Counted from the stretch's first letter, positions 25,408 to 38,383 are shown. The stretch: DNA of 64,000 nt from Octopus sinensis (GCF_006345805.1 NC_043022.1:11842001-11906000), one strand, 5' to 3'. Notes: generated by a model not told the origin, from the letters alone. Translations and numbers: made by a program.

Positions 25408-25867
25408 TGGCAGTGTGGATATTGTTCTAGACTTTGTGCTCTAAAAGTTACATAGTTACAGACAGTGTGCTGGTCGTTATAGAAAATGTGCTGCGTCGGC
25501 TGTGTTATATTTTATGAGTGGTAATTGTATAGAATGCAAGCTGTGTGACTGAATCACTGACGATACAATATTTACTATCCTATTGTTATTATCTATTTAT
25601 TATTAATGTGCTTTCTATATTGCAATAGTTGATCCCCATGTTTTTACTCCAAGTAAATATCTCCCACTGGCTTTGTTCTGTATTTTTTTCCCCCCTTCTC
25701 ATTAAGTTTTTTTTTTCCAGTTTTTTCTTTGTTCTTTTGGGGTTTTTTTTTTTTTTTCACTTTATCCTTATGACGAATATCCTCAGCATCTGGGTCCTTG
25801 TAACCAATCACAAAAAAAATTGTCATTATCATCATTAGCATCATCATTACTATTATCATTATTATCA

Positions 25868-26232
25868 AGGAGGCAAGCTGGCAGAACCATTAACACGCCG
25901 GGCGAAATGCTTAGCGGTATTTCGTCTGCCGCTACGTTCTGAGTTCAAATTCCACCGAGGTTGACTTTGCCTTTCATCCTTTCAGGATCGATTAAATAAG
26001 TACCAGTTACGCACTGGCGTCGATGTAATCGACTTCATCCATGTGTCTGTCCTTGTTTATCCTCTCCGTGTTTACCCCCTGTGGGTAGTAAAGAAATAGG
26101 TATTTCGTCTGCCGCTACATTCTGAGTTCAAATTCCACTGAGATCGACTTTGCCTTTCTTTCATCCTTTTGCGGTCGATTAAATAAGTACCAGTTACGCA
26201 CTGGGGTTGATGTAATCAACTTAATCCCCACC
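25868..26232 (+). mobile_element. SINE family B, head-to-tail dimer
   Basis: Junction at 26100/26101. Confidence 0.85.
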
Positions 26233-26265
26233 TGCAGGCTGCCCTTGTGGAAAAAATTTGAAATC

Positions 26266-26339
<74 letters not shown>

Positions 26340-26861
26340 TAATAATAATAATGTAGTGAACTGGCAGAATTGTTACTATGCCAGGCAAACTGCTTAGAGA
26401 TATTTCACCTGTCTTTACGTTCTGAGTTCAAATGCGACTGAGGGTGACTTTGCCTTTCATCCTTTGGGAGTCGATAAAATAAGTACGAGCTGAACACTGG
26501 GGTCGATGTAATCGACTTAACCTGTCCCCAAAATTGCTGGCCTTGTGCCAAAATTTGAAACCATTATTATTATTATCATACGTCTGCAGTTGGAAAAAGG
26601 AAAAAAAGGCACCTGCCCCAAAAGTCAGGGTACCCATGGTTTTTTTAGGGGGGGGGGGGGGTCCATGAGCAGCAGCCCTCAAATGTCTCCACCCTATTGA
26701 GGATTACATGTTGTTTTGGGGGTCTTTTTTTTTTGTTGTTAGTCTTGTTTACATGCAAAACCCTCACAACAACACACACACACATTCTTTGTTTTGTCCT
26801 GTGCTGTACATAATGTTTTTCTTAATGTTAACCCTTGTGGTTAATAAAGAAATCATTATTC

Positions 26862-27280
26862 ATCATCATCATCATCATTTAGCGTCCGCTTTCCATGGGT
26901 TGGACGGTTCAACTGGGACCTGGGAAGCCCGAAGGCTGCACCAGGCCCAGTCTGACCTGGCAATGTTTCTACGGCTGGTTGCCCTTCCTAACGCCAACCA
27001 CTCCGTGAGTGTAGTGGGAGCTTTTTACGTGCCACCGGCACAGGTGCCAGATGAGGCTGGCAAACGGCCACGGTCGGATGGTGCTTTTTACGTGCCACCG
27101 GCATGGGGGCCAGGCGAGGCTGGCAAACGGCCACGGTCGGATGGTGCTTTTTACGTGCCACCGGCATGGGGGCCAGGCGAGGCTGGCAAACGGCCACGGT
27201 CGGATCATGCTTTTTACGTGCCACCGGCACGGGGCCCAGGCAAGGCTGGCAACGGCCACGATCGGTTGGTGCTTTTTACG
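26862..27280 (-). mobile_element. SINE family C with four 63-bp internal tandem units
   Basis: CGTGCCACC starts at 27028, 27091, 27154 and 27217, with a truncated unit at 27279. Confidence 0.9.
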
Positions 27281-27401
27281 TATTATTATTATTTCGATTT
27301 TGCTAAAAATAAATGAAAGACAAACGCAAATACAAACTAGATATAAAGCAATATTGACATCACACAGGTTAATCCAGTTGTGCATATATATATATACACA
27401 C

Positions 27402-27445
<44 letters not shown>

Positions 27446-27708
27446 TGCCCAAATACCTGCATTTCTTCCTCTCTTTTCTCTCACCTCCAACAGAAATAGA
27501 TTTTATAACTACTAAAGTCAGTCTTAAATACACCAACTTGAAACTGCGGCAAAGGTGGTGTTGTGGTGTTGTGGAGGAGCGGTGCTCATGCAGTTATTTA
27601 TTTATTTTCAAATAGATAAAGTCACGCATTTTCTTTTCATTCCTACGGAGGGGGGGGAAGGAAATTACTCAAGCCAGGGCACTGAGAGAGGGAAGGAGAT
27701 TGGGACAG

Positions 27709-27712
<4 letters not shown>

Positions 27713-27747
<35 letters not shown>

Positions 27748-28199
27748 AAGTGAGAGAGAGAGAGAGAGAGCAAGTGCGAGAGAGAGAGAGAGAGAGAGAG
27801 CAAGTGCGAGAGAGAGAGCAAGTGCGAGAGAGAGAGAGAGAGAGAGAGAGCAGTGCGAGAGAGAGAGAGAGAGAGAGAGAGCAAGTGCGAGAGAGAGAGA
27901 GCAAGTGCGAGAGAAGAGAGAGAGCAAGTGCGAGAGAGAGAGAGAGAGAGAGAGCAAGTGCGAGAGAGAGAGAGAGCAAGTGAGAGAGAGAGAGAGCAAG
28001 TGCGAGAGAGAGAGAGAGAGAGCAAGTGAGAGAGAGAGAGAGCAAGTGCAAGAGAGAGAGAGAGAGCAAGTGCGAGAGAAGAGAGAGAGAGCAAGTGAGA
28101 GAGAGAGAGAGAGCAAGTGCGAGAGGAGAGAGAGAGAGAGCAAGTGAGAGAGAGAGAGAGAGAGAGCAAGTGCGAGAGAGAGAGAGAGTGAGAGAGAGA
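27713..28199. repeat. (GA)n satellite punctuated by GCAAGT(GC)
   Basis: Direct inspection. Confidence 0.95.
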
Positions 28200-29724
28200 T
28201 TGTTTCTCTATTTACATATTTGTTTCTTTTCTCACATAGATTAAGTCAGGCCTTTTTTCACCCCCATCCCCACTCAGCAAGCAGAGGACAGACAGAGGTG
28301 GGGGAAGGAGGGTTTGGGTTAAGGGTTAGGAGAAAGAGAAAGAGAGAGAGGGGTTGGCTGGGTGGAAGAAAAAAAGAAGGAAGGACAGCAAAGTGAGTAG
28401 GTGTGTTGAATGGAAATGAAGGAAACAAAAAAGGGGCAAAAAACATTGGAGGTGGCCCTAAACTTGATAAGCATTTAAATAAGTTTATTTTATTTATATC
28501 CTATTTTAGTTTAGTTTGGGGTTTTTTTTTTTTTTGCTTTCACTGGGAACAATATAAACAACTAAAACAAACACAGCAAAAAGCAAAAGAAGAGAAAAAG
28601 AGAGAAAGATTATCAATATGACGTCACAAAGTCCCTTATATATATATCACCACCGCCAAACACACAATATCTCATCTCCCCACTACTTCACCAATCCATC
28701 TGCCCCACATGTGTTCTTCCTAGTATGAAGACATCAGAGAGATAAACCACAACCACCACCACCACCACCACCGTACAACAAGAAAATGGCAGAATTGTTA
28801 GCATGTCAGAGAAAATTCTTGGCGGCATTTCATCCATCTTTACATTCTGAGTTCAAATTCCACCGAGGTCAATTCTACCTGTCATCTTTTCGAGGTTGAT
28901 AAACTAAGTACCAGTCAAGTACTAGGGACGATGTAACAAACTTCCCCCCCCCCGCAACTCAAAAACTTCTGGCACTGTGCCAAAATTTGAAACCATTATT
29001 TCCTCTTTGGTCAAGGCTTCATCAACTTTTTCAAGTTTCACTTGAAAAGGAAGATGAGGTTAGAGAGGAGAGTGCTGTCTGAAAGCAAGTTTTCTGAAAG
29101 GTGGGTGAATTGTGCAAGAATGGCCAGTATAAATAAATGGACCAATTCTGAGGTTTCGCCTGTAATTGAAAAAGGTATTATAAAAGGAGAAAGGGGCTCT
29201 CTACGCCCCCTTTGGACCAGGCTCCCGTGGCTTTTATGGGTTTTTCCACGTGAGACCTTTTCTTTTTTCGAAGCGTCTCCTCTATTGGGAGTTTTTTCGT
29301 TGTTATACTGCTTTTTACTCGGTTTTTTTTTTCACAAACGGACAAAACCTTTTGTGACCTTTCGTCCTGTTTCGTCCCTTTATGTTTTCCAATCATGTTT
29401 GTCAGCCCTTGTGGCCAATAAAAAGAATTAATTATTATTATTATTATGATTAAGGTGGGGAGCTGGCAGAATCGTTACCACGCTGGACAAAACGCTTAGC
29501 AGTATTTCATCTGGCACTTTATTCTGAGTTCAAATTCCGCCCGAGGTCGACTTCCATCCTACCGGGGTCGATAAATTAAGTACCAGTGAAACACTGGGAT
29601 CAAAGTAATCAACAAGTCCCCCCTCCCCACAAATATGAGGTCTTGTGCCTCCAGTAGAAAGGACTATTATGATGATGACGATGACAATGATGATGATGAT
29701 GATTGTGAGTTGACAGAATCATTA

Positions 29725-30010
29725 GTCATCATCATCATCATCCGCTTTCCATGCTGGCATGGGTTGGATGATTTGACTGAGGGCTGGCGAACCAGATGGC
29801 TGCACCAGGCTCCAATTTGATTTGGCAAAGTTTCTACAGCTGGATGCCCTTCCTAACGCCAACCACTCCGAGAGTGTAGTGGGTGCTTTTTACGTGCCGC
29901 CGGCACGAGGGCCAGTTATGCAGTACTGGCAACAGCCACACTCAAATGGTGTTTTTTACGTGCCACCTGCACAGGAGCCAGTCCAGCGGCACTGGCAACG
30001 ACCTTGCTCG
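29725..30010 (-). mobile_element. SINE family C
   Basis: Family match. Confidence 0.85.
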
Positions 30011-30026
30011 AATAATAATAATAATA

Positions 30027-30071
<45 letters not shown>

Positions 30072-30074
<3 letters not shown>

Positions 30075-30455
30075 AGGAGTGGCTGTGTGGTAAGTAGCTT
30101 GCTTACCAACCACATGGTTCCGGGTTCAGTCCCACTGCGTGGCACCTTGGGCAAGTGTCTTCTGCTATAGCCCCGGGCCGACCAATGCCTTGTGAGTGGT
30201 TTGGTAGATGGAAACTGAAAGAAGCCTGTCGTATATATGTGTGTCTGTGTTTGTACCCCTAGCATTGCTTGACAACCGATGCTGGTGTGTTTACGTCCCC
30301 GTCACTTAGCGGTTCGGCAAAAGAGACCGACAGAATAAGTACTGGGCTTACAAAAAAGAATAAGTCCCGGGGTCGATTTGCTCGACTAAAGGCGGTGCTC
30401 CAGCATGGCCGCAGTCAAATGACTGAAACAAGTAAAAGTAAAGTAAAGTAAGTAA
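30072..30455 (+). mobile_element. SINE family A, full length
   Basis: Family match. Confidence 0.9.
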
Positions 30456-30462
30456 GTAATAC

Positions 30463-30493
<31 letters not shown>

Positions 30494-30587
30494 CTTCAAC
30501 ATGAAAGACGTTGTAAATTTACAGGTTCAAATGTTTCCAAATGCAGTTGCGAGTCATGAGCAAAAATAGTTTGTTTTTTATGTTTTA

Positions 30588-31090
30588 TTAGCAGTATCGC
30601 CCGGCGTTGCTCGGGTTTGTAAGGGAAATAACTATATAAGCATTTTTAGAGAGTTACTTCCCTTATAAATTCGGGCTTTCTTAGCCATTTTTGTTTTGGT
30701 GTCTTCAAGCCATGAAGTCGTTGTTCTAAAAGAACGCTGGTTTCCTTCACAACGCATTACGACGTAGATTTCTTTACACTCCCTTCCCCACAGCTTCATG
30801 AAAGAGGGAAGGATGAGCAAATAGGTGCAGCTGTGAGCGTGGACGCCAACTCCGCCGCCATCGACATACGATGCATTTTATGCATTAAAATGGAATAAAA
30901 AATTATGTTAAATTATTTTTAAAATCGTAGGCTCATCGTAGACGCGTGCTAATACTCAGACGGGCTCGATATGAATCACGACTATAAGATACCCGAATTT
31001 GGTTAAACTGCACCGCAAAATGTGGGAGGAGTTAGGAATCTAAATCGAAGGGGACAGACACTCACACAACTGCAGTTTTATATATAAAGA
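30588..31090 (-). mobile_element. Non-autonomous Helitron (503 bp)
   Basis: Minus strand: A|TC..., subterminal hairpin CCCGAGCAACGCCGGG, end CTAA|T (CTRR), no TSD. Confidence 0.8.
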
Positions 31091-32431
31091 TTTCCGAATA
31101 ATTTATCTCCTTTTTTTCAATGTGTGTGTGGGGGGGGGGTCGAATGGAGCAAAAAAATAAAATACTTCTTTTTAAAGGTTAAGTGGGGGGGGGGGACAGG
31201 AAGGGCACGGGATATTTTGGTGCCACTAATTTTGGCATCACTGATTCAACACTGATTTATTTGACATCAGACGTATTTATGTTTCTTTCTCTCTCTCCAT
31301 CTTTCACCCTTCTCTCTCGCTCTCTCTGTTTATGTGTGTGAGCATATTTTCTTTTATGCGTCTGAGGAGAGGGAAAATGTTGATACCAATTGTGTTCAAT
31401 TAATAAACCGTAATTCTCTCTTACTCTCTCACTCCCTCTTTCTCTATCTCTCTCTCTCTCTCTCTGTATGTGTACATTTTTGAGTGCGAGCACAAGCATG
31501 TTTGTGTTTGTGTGTGTGTTTGCCTCTAGCACTAAAAAGGGCCATTGCCAAACCAGATTGAATGTCCAGTCAAATTTCTTTATTAACCATGAGGTTGAGA
31601 AAAAGAGGGGACAGACAAAACAAACGTTGGGGTCAGGGTATCGAATGAGATGAAACGTATGAATAAACAAACAATTAAAATATATACAATTAAATGAGAA
31701 TGAGTGATTAACAAAAAATGAAGCGGAGGACGCGGTCGACCCCACAAACCACATACTCACACTGAAGACTTTGCTTTCTCCTTTTTTATATTCTCGTTTA
31801 AACAGGTTCTTTCACTCACAACATACTTGCTATAGACTTCCATCTTTTACGAAACACACTTTGCGACAGGCATTTCTTCTCCAGCCTTATTTTCCATTTC
31901 ATGTGGAAAACGAAAAAGTCAATTAGCTCGAGACTGGAGATGAACATGCCTGTTGTAATTCGTTTCACTCTCGTCTTCCATACTACCTCTTTCGCAACAG
32001 CAACTACTGAGAGGAAACAGGCTCGCTCCTCCAGTCAGCTGCACCTAATCAACTCATTCTGACCAAGAGTGATAAAGGAAAGAAAAGGACGACAAAAACA
32101 GGATTCATGGCCAGCTACTTAACCCCTTACTTTCATTCTGACCCCTCTAAATCACCTAGTCAGGTACCTGTAGTTGCAAGTGGACCTGTAAACAACTACT
32201 GCAGCCTCAATAGAAGTTATTAAGTCTCAGTCACATGTCAGGCAGGCTTAATAGCCATGTCTTCTTTTCTTGGCATTGTCTGATGGCTGTAAACAAGTGG
32301 GTTTTCTTCATTTCCAATCTTTCATGAGACAAAATGCTAAGCAGAATTCCATCCATCTTTACATTCTGAGTTCAAATTCTGCAGAGGTTGACTTTGCCTT
32401 TCATTCTCCTGGGGCTGATAAAATAAGTACC

Positions 32432-32665
32432 TATTTCTTTATTACCCACAAGGGGCTAAACATAGAGGGGACAAACAAGGACAGACATAGGTATTAAGTC
32501 GATTATTACATCGACCCCAGTGCGAAACTGGTACTTAATTTATCGACCCCGAAAGGATGAAAGGCAAAGTCGACCTCGGCGGAATTTGAACTCACAACGT
32601 AACGGCAGCCGAAATACCGTTAAACATTTCGCCCGACGTGCTAACGTTTCTGCCAGCTCGCCACC
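32432..32665 (-). mobile_element. Young SINE B inserted in an older B-like SINE, 14-bp TSD
   Basis: ATAAAATAAGTACC at 32418-32431 and 32666-32679. Confidence 0.9.
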
Positions 32666-32682
32666 ATAAAATAAGTACCAGT

Positions 32683-32783
32683 TGATAGGAAGAACCGACA
32701 TCAAAGGATCAAAAACCAACGTTGCTGTGAACGCTTGGCCATCACAAGCTGGTTATCCCTGTGGTATGGGGTACCTTTTCTGA
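32683..32783 (-). pseudogene. 28S rRNA fragment (domain V, peptidyl-transferase region)
   Basis: Plus-strand TGATAGGAAGAACCGACATCAAAGGATCAAAAACCAACGTTGCTGTGAACGCTTGGCCATCACAAGCTGGTTATCCCTGTGGT..CTTTTCTGA matches the reverse complement of the conserved LSU segment (recognised from memory). Confidence 0.9.
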
Positions 32784-32869
32784 AGACTGGGGTCAATGTA
32801 ATTAACTAGCCCCCTCCCCAAAATTCCAAATTCTTGTACTTATACAAGAAATGATTGCTATTATTAATC

Positions 32870-33073
32870 AACACAATGCAACGAGCTGTCAGAAATCATT
32901 AGCACACAGAACAAACAAAGAATTTAGTAAAATAACTTAATTATCATTCAGCTAGTGTTAGGAACATAAATTGTGACAAAGGTTTGGTGGAAGATTTTAA
33001 TTCAAAACTTATGTATACAAGACATTTGTACACATAGCCAGAGCCGGTTTCAGCCAGGTTGGTAATGAAAGGG
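32870..33073 (-). mobile_element. piggyBac-type MITE end, second family
   Basis: Ends GGTAATGAAAGGG+TTAA; other terminus not found. Confidence 0.5.
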
Positions 33074-33109
33074 TTAATGGTACTCATATGAACAGTGTCC
33101 ATTTCCAAT

Positions 33110-33385
33110 CATCATCATCATCATCATTTAGCATCTGCTTTCCATGCAGGCATGGGTTAAATGGCTTGACCAGAACTGGTAAGCCAGAGAGCTGCACTGG
33201 GTTCCAGTCTGATTTGGCATGGTTTCTACAGCTGGATGCCCTTCCTAACACCAACCACTCCAAGAATGTGATGGGTACTTTTTACGTTCCACCGGCACGG
33301 GTACCATTTATTTGACACCAGCAATGGCCACGACTAGGATTTCACTTGGCTTGGTGAGTCTTCTCATGCATGGCTCATCACCAAA
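33110..33385 (-). mobile_element. SINE family C, old copy
   Basis: Family match. Confidence 0.75.
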
Positions 33386-33555
33386 GGACTCAGTCACTTG
33401 TCATCATCTGATTGGTGGTGTCAGCAGTGGGGGTGGAGTAGTTGTGGTTGCAGTGGTGGTGGCAGTGGTGGCAGTGAGAGGATACTATGTCTCAGTAAAA
33501 CTTCCATTTCTCTGTGATGTCTAGGAGGGATGTAGTGGCTGTAATACCTTACTCA

Positions 33556-33810
33556 AAGATCTTGCTTCACCATCTCGTCCCATGCCCTCCTATGTCTATC
33601 TCTTCCACAAGTTCCATCCACAGTTAGAAATTGGCACTTCTTTACATAGTTGTCCTCATCTACACACATCACCTGCCCATACCAGTGCAGTCATTTCTCT
33701 TGCATACTACATCTGATGTCTATTATGCCCAGCTTTCCTCTCAAAACACTTGCACTCTGTCATACATACACACACAGTAACTGCACATCCGGCGAACCAT
33801 ACAAGCTTCT
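33556..33810 (-). mobile_element. RTE-clade LINE C-terminal fragment, degraded
   Basis: LRGKLGIIDIRCSMQEK*LHWYGQVMCVDEDNYVKKC..GTCGRDRHRRAWDEMVKQD resembles the RTE LRWYGHV..GRPRKTW motif. Confidence 0.8.
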
Positions 33811-35169
33811 TTCTTTTGATCTTTTGAGAAAAAAATTTCCTATCATCAGGAAATATTACATTGCCTGGAAAGGATTTAAGGGTTGATGACAAGAAGGGCA
33901 TCTGTGCTAAGGACAATCTGCCATGTGAACATGGTGAAGTGAATATATTAGAATGACGATGATGATGAGGATGATGATATTTATAAAGTACAGCCAACTG
34001 TCACCTGTGCATGAACATGGATAAGTAAACATGTATCAGGCTTTTGTTAATTGTTTTAATTGTTTTCAGTGCTTATTAACAGATAAAAGATATATATATA
34101 CACATTCCCCCACCCCACCCCCACCTACACAAGCACCACTCCACCCCAACTTTGAGGCAGTGGAACATCCAGGCTAGGACATGGTCCCCACAAATAGCCC
34201 CTGCACGCACACAAATACAGCTCCTCACACACACAACACCTGCACACACACACACACACTGCTCTCCCCTCACTCCCACACACAAACATCCCCTGCTGCT
34301 TGTTGCACAAACACACAGCCCTCCACCCCGTATATATATACACACACACCCACACACATCATACAACACACATGTACACACATTAGCCAATACCACACAT
34401 ACACACACACACATCACCATGCCCCCAACACACACACACATGCACGCCCTCCCCATCCACCCAATGTTAACCAATATCTCTCAAAGAATCTCAAGCAGTT
34501 TTACAATTTCAGTTCTATTTATACTTCAAGTCTTGAAAACAGGATTGGTGGTGGTGGTGGTGGTGGCAGCAGTGGGGGGCAGGGGTGGAGCAGTAGTTGT
34601 GGCAGTGGCAGTGGCGGGTGGGGAGGGCAGTAGTGGTGGCGGCAGTGAGAGGGTACTATGTCTCAGTAAAACTTCCAATTTCTCTGTCGTGTCTAGGGGA
34701 GATGGATGTAGTGGCTGTAATACCTTACTTCATTACATCACCACCTCTACTACCAACACCACCCCCTGCACACTCTCACACACACCCATCAGTTATCAGA
34801 GGGAGATTAGGAAATGAATAAATAAATAAATAAATAAATAAAGCCCCTCGTCCCTTCTTCCTCTTTGGAATAATGCTATATATGGTCAGTGGATGACTAT
34901 CATCATCTCAACTTTCTGTCTGTCTATTTATTACTCTGCTTATCCGTGTGTGTGTGTGTGTGTGTGTGTGTATTATATATGTGTGTGTATGTGGCTGTGA
35001 AGTTAGGAGATTGCTTCCCAATCGCATGGTTCCGAGTTCAGTCCCTCTGCGTGACATCTTGGGCAGGTCTCTTCTACTGTAGCCTCGCACCAACCAAAGC
35101 CTTCAGAGTGGATTTGGTAGACAGAAACTGAAAGAAGCCTGTCGCGTATGTGTGTATGTACATATATAT

Positions 35170-35578
35170 CTCTTTTTTACTCTTTTACTTGTTTCAGTCA
35201 TTTGACTGCAGCCATGCTGGAGCACCGCCTTTAGTCGAGCAAATCGACCCCGGGACTTATTCTTTGGATGCCCAGTACTTAATCTATCGGTCTCTTTTGC
35301 CGAACCACTAAGTGACAGGAACGTAAACACACCAGCATCGGTTGTCAAGCAATGCTAGGGGAACAAACACAGTCACACAAACACGCACACGCATACATAT
35401 ATATACATATATACAACGGGCTTCTTTCAGTTTCCGTCTACCAAATCCACTCACAAGGCTTTGGTCGGCTCGAGGCTATAGTAGAAGACACTTGCCCAAG
35501 ATGCCACGCAGTGGGACTGAACCCGAAACCATGTGGTTGGTAAACAAGCTACTTACCACACAGCCACTCCTGCGCCTA
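35170..35578 (-). mobile_element. SINE family A, full length
   Basis: Family match; an opposite-strand older head lies at 34990-35145. Confidence 0.9.
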
Positions 35579-35599
35579 TATATATATATATACATATGT

Positions 35600-35740
35600 G
35601 TGTGTATAAATAATATATATAAAAATACAAAATGGGACAAGAACGCAAAACACTCAAATAGACGACACAAAAAAACGGACGGGTCATTTGAAGCCTCTAA
35701 TCTTCAGTCAAGAACCGGATCATCCTCGCAATTTCGGCTA
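35600..35740. mobile_element. TA-flanked Penelope-like module
   Basis: Homologous to 59415-59535. Confidence 0.5.
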
Positions 35741-36060
35741 TATATATATACATACATACATGTGTACATATGTACATACGTACACACATCTATACACAAC
35801 AGGCTTCTTTCAATTTCTGTCTACCAAATCCACTGACAAGGCTTTGGTCAGCCTGATGCTGTAGTGGAAGTCACTGGCCCAAGGTGCCACACTGTGGGAC
35901 TGAACCCAGAACAATGTAGTGAGAAAGCAAATTTCTTACTGCACAGGCACACCTGCATCTTATTATATCTTCATTATCATTATCATCATTTAACGTCTGT
36001 TTTCCATGCTGGCATGGGTTGGACTTTTTGACAGGAGCTGACTAGACTCTAATTGTCATC

Positions 36061-36447
36061 TATACAAATAGATGGGATGGTCACAGCTGGAACAGCTTTG
36101 ATCAGGACTGATCTGGGGCTAAGTAACAACAGCAAAAAAAAAACAAAAAAAAGCAGAGTCGATGCCATTGAAACAGTTAGAAATAACAGCTAAGTATCAC
36201 TCAAATCACTTCCTACAGTCCTTGAAAAGTTAGATAAGGCTTTGTAGCTTGTGATATACAGATGGGATGGTCACAGCTGGAATACCTTTCATTAGGACCC
36301 ACCTGAGGATAAACAACAACAAAGAAAGTGTCAATGTCACTGAAACAACTAAAAATAGCAGCTAAATTTCCCTCAAATCACAACCTACAGTCTTTGAAAA
36401 TCTACACATAAGGACTATGTCAGCGTCATCATTTAATGACCATTTTC
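36061..36447 (+). repeat. Family E block, locally duplicated at 47557-47939
   Basis: High identity including idiosyncratic junctions. Confidence 0.9.
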
Positions 36448-36817
36448 TGACAAAAGATTGATGGAACATAGTATGATGATGATGAATTTGCTGCACAGTA
36501 GAGATGATGATGATGAAGCTGACAGCGGTGCCAATCACAGCCCGTCTTAAGTTCAAATAACCCTTGTATATGCTTTTTTGCTATTTTACGCTTGTTTTCT
36601 TGTTCCTAGACAAGGAAATAATATTTATTATTAATATTTTAATGGATTTAATGAAAAACTTTAGGTGTTCATATATATATATATATATATATTTTAAATC
36701 CATGAAGTCGTGAATCCGTGACAGTTGAACCGCGAAGTAGCAAGGGATCATTGTATTTCAAATGATTGGCCTTGTCCCATTCTGTGTCACGCTGAATCTC
36801 CCTAAGAACATTAAGGA

Positions 36818-37229
36818 TCATCATCATCATCGTTTAACGTCCGTTCTCCATGCTAGCATGGGTTGGACGGTTCAACTGCGGTCTGGGAAGCCAGAAGGCT
36901 GCACCAGGCCCAATCTGATCTGGCAGTGTTTCTACAGCTGGATGCCCTTCCTAATGCCAACCACTCCGTGAGTGTAGTGGGTGCTTTTTACGTGCCAGAC
37001 AAGGCTGGCAATGGTCACAATCGGATGGTGCTTTTTATGTGCCACCTGCACGGGGGCCAGGCGAGGCTGGCGACAGCCACAATCGGATGGTGCTTTTTAC
37101 ATACCACCAGCACAGAGGCTCGTCGGGGCAGTGCTGGCAACGGCCACGATCGCATGGCTCGCTTACGTGCCACCAGCACTGGTATCACAGCTGCAATTTC
37201 CATTGATGTTGATCGACTTCGATTTTGGC
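36818..37229 (-). mobile_element. SINE family C flanked by an about 130-bp direct duplication
   Basis: 36691-36818 matches 37249-37379. Confidence 0.85.
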
Positions 37230-37864
37230 TATATATATATATATATATTTTTTAAATCCACGAAGTTGTGAATCTGCGACAGTTGAACCTCAAAGTAGCA
37301 AGGGATCACTGTATTTCAAAGGACCGGCCTTGTCCCATTCTGTGTCACGCTGAGTCTCCTCCCTGAGAACATTAAGGATATGCGTGTCTAAGGAGTGCTC
37401 AGCCACTTGTGCATTAATTTCACAAGCAGGCAGTTCTGTTGATAGGATTGAGCGGAACCACTTGTCTTCATCACTGACGCAGTGCCGGTTATCTCTCTCC
37501 ATCGCCCTCCTATCAAGCTACTTACCTACGTAAAATCTCTCTATCTCTGTCCTGTTTCTATTTTGATTCAAAAAAATATAAAGACATCTGTCCTACAATA
37601 CACACACACACCACACACACATGCTATTTCATCTTGTTACTGATCACAGAGATAAACAGAAGCACATACATAAAGCAGCATTTGTATACGAGCACGTGTG
37701 TGTGTGTGTGTGTGTAGCCATATGTGTATATATATATATTCATACATACACATACATAAAAACATAGATACACATACATATACATACACATATACAAACA
37801 AACATATAGATACTCACACATATACATAGATATAAGTATATACATAGACATATATACATGTATG

Positions 37865-37914
<50 letters not shown>

Positions 37915-38069
37915 TACATATATGAATATTCTTGAATCAAAGATCTAGGAGACCACAAATCTAAAGAAGACGAGTTAGAACTGTAAAGACTTTTATTTTA
38001 CAGTTGCAGTCCACAAAACACAGACATGTATATATGTATATGCATATATACATACTCCTGTAAATATAT

Positions 38070-38100
<31 letters not shown>

Positions 38101-38210
38101 CATGTACACATATACATTTATATATACATATATACACACACATACACATTCATAAAGATAGACAGACAGACAGACACATAGATAGATAGACAACAGAAAG
38201 AGGAATAGAG

Positions 38211-38340
38211 ACGGACGGGCGGACGGACGGGCGGCGGGCGGGCGGGCGGGCGGGCGGGCGGGCGGACGGACGGACGGACGGACGGACGGACGGACGGACG
38301 GACGGACGGACGGACGGACGGACGGACGGACGGACGGACG

Positions 38341-38383
<43 letters not shown>

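Noticed and set aside
28619-28626. Perfect CRE TGACGTCA
   Set aside because: A single 8-mer can occur by chance in 64 kb and has no supporting context.
29042-29431. 129-aa ORF as a gene
   Set aside because: No recognisable domain; the distal half runs through T-rich repeat-like sequence.
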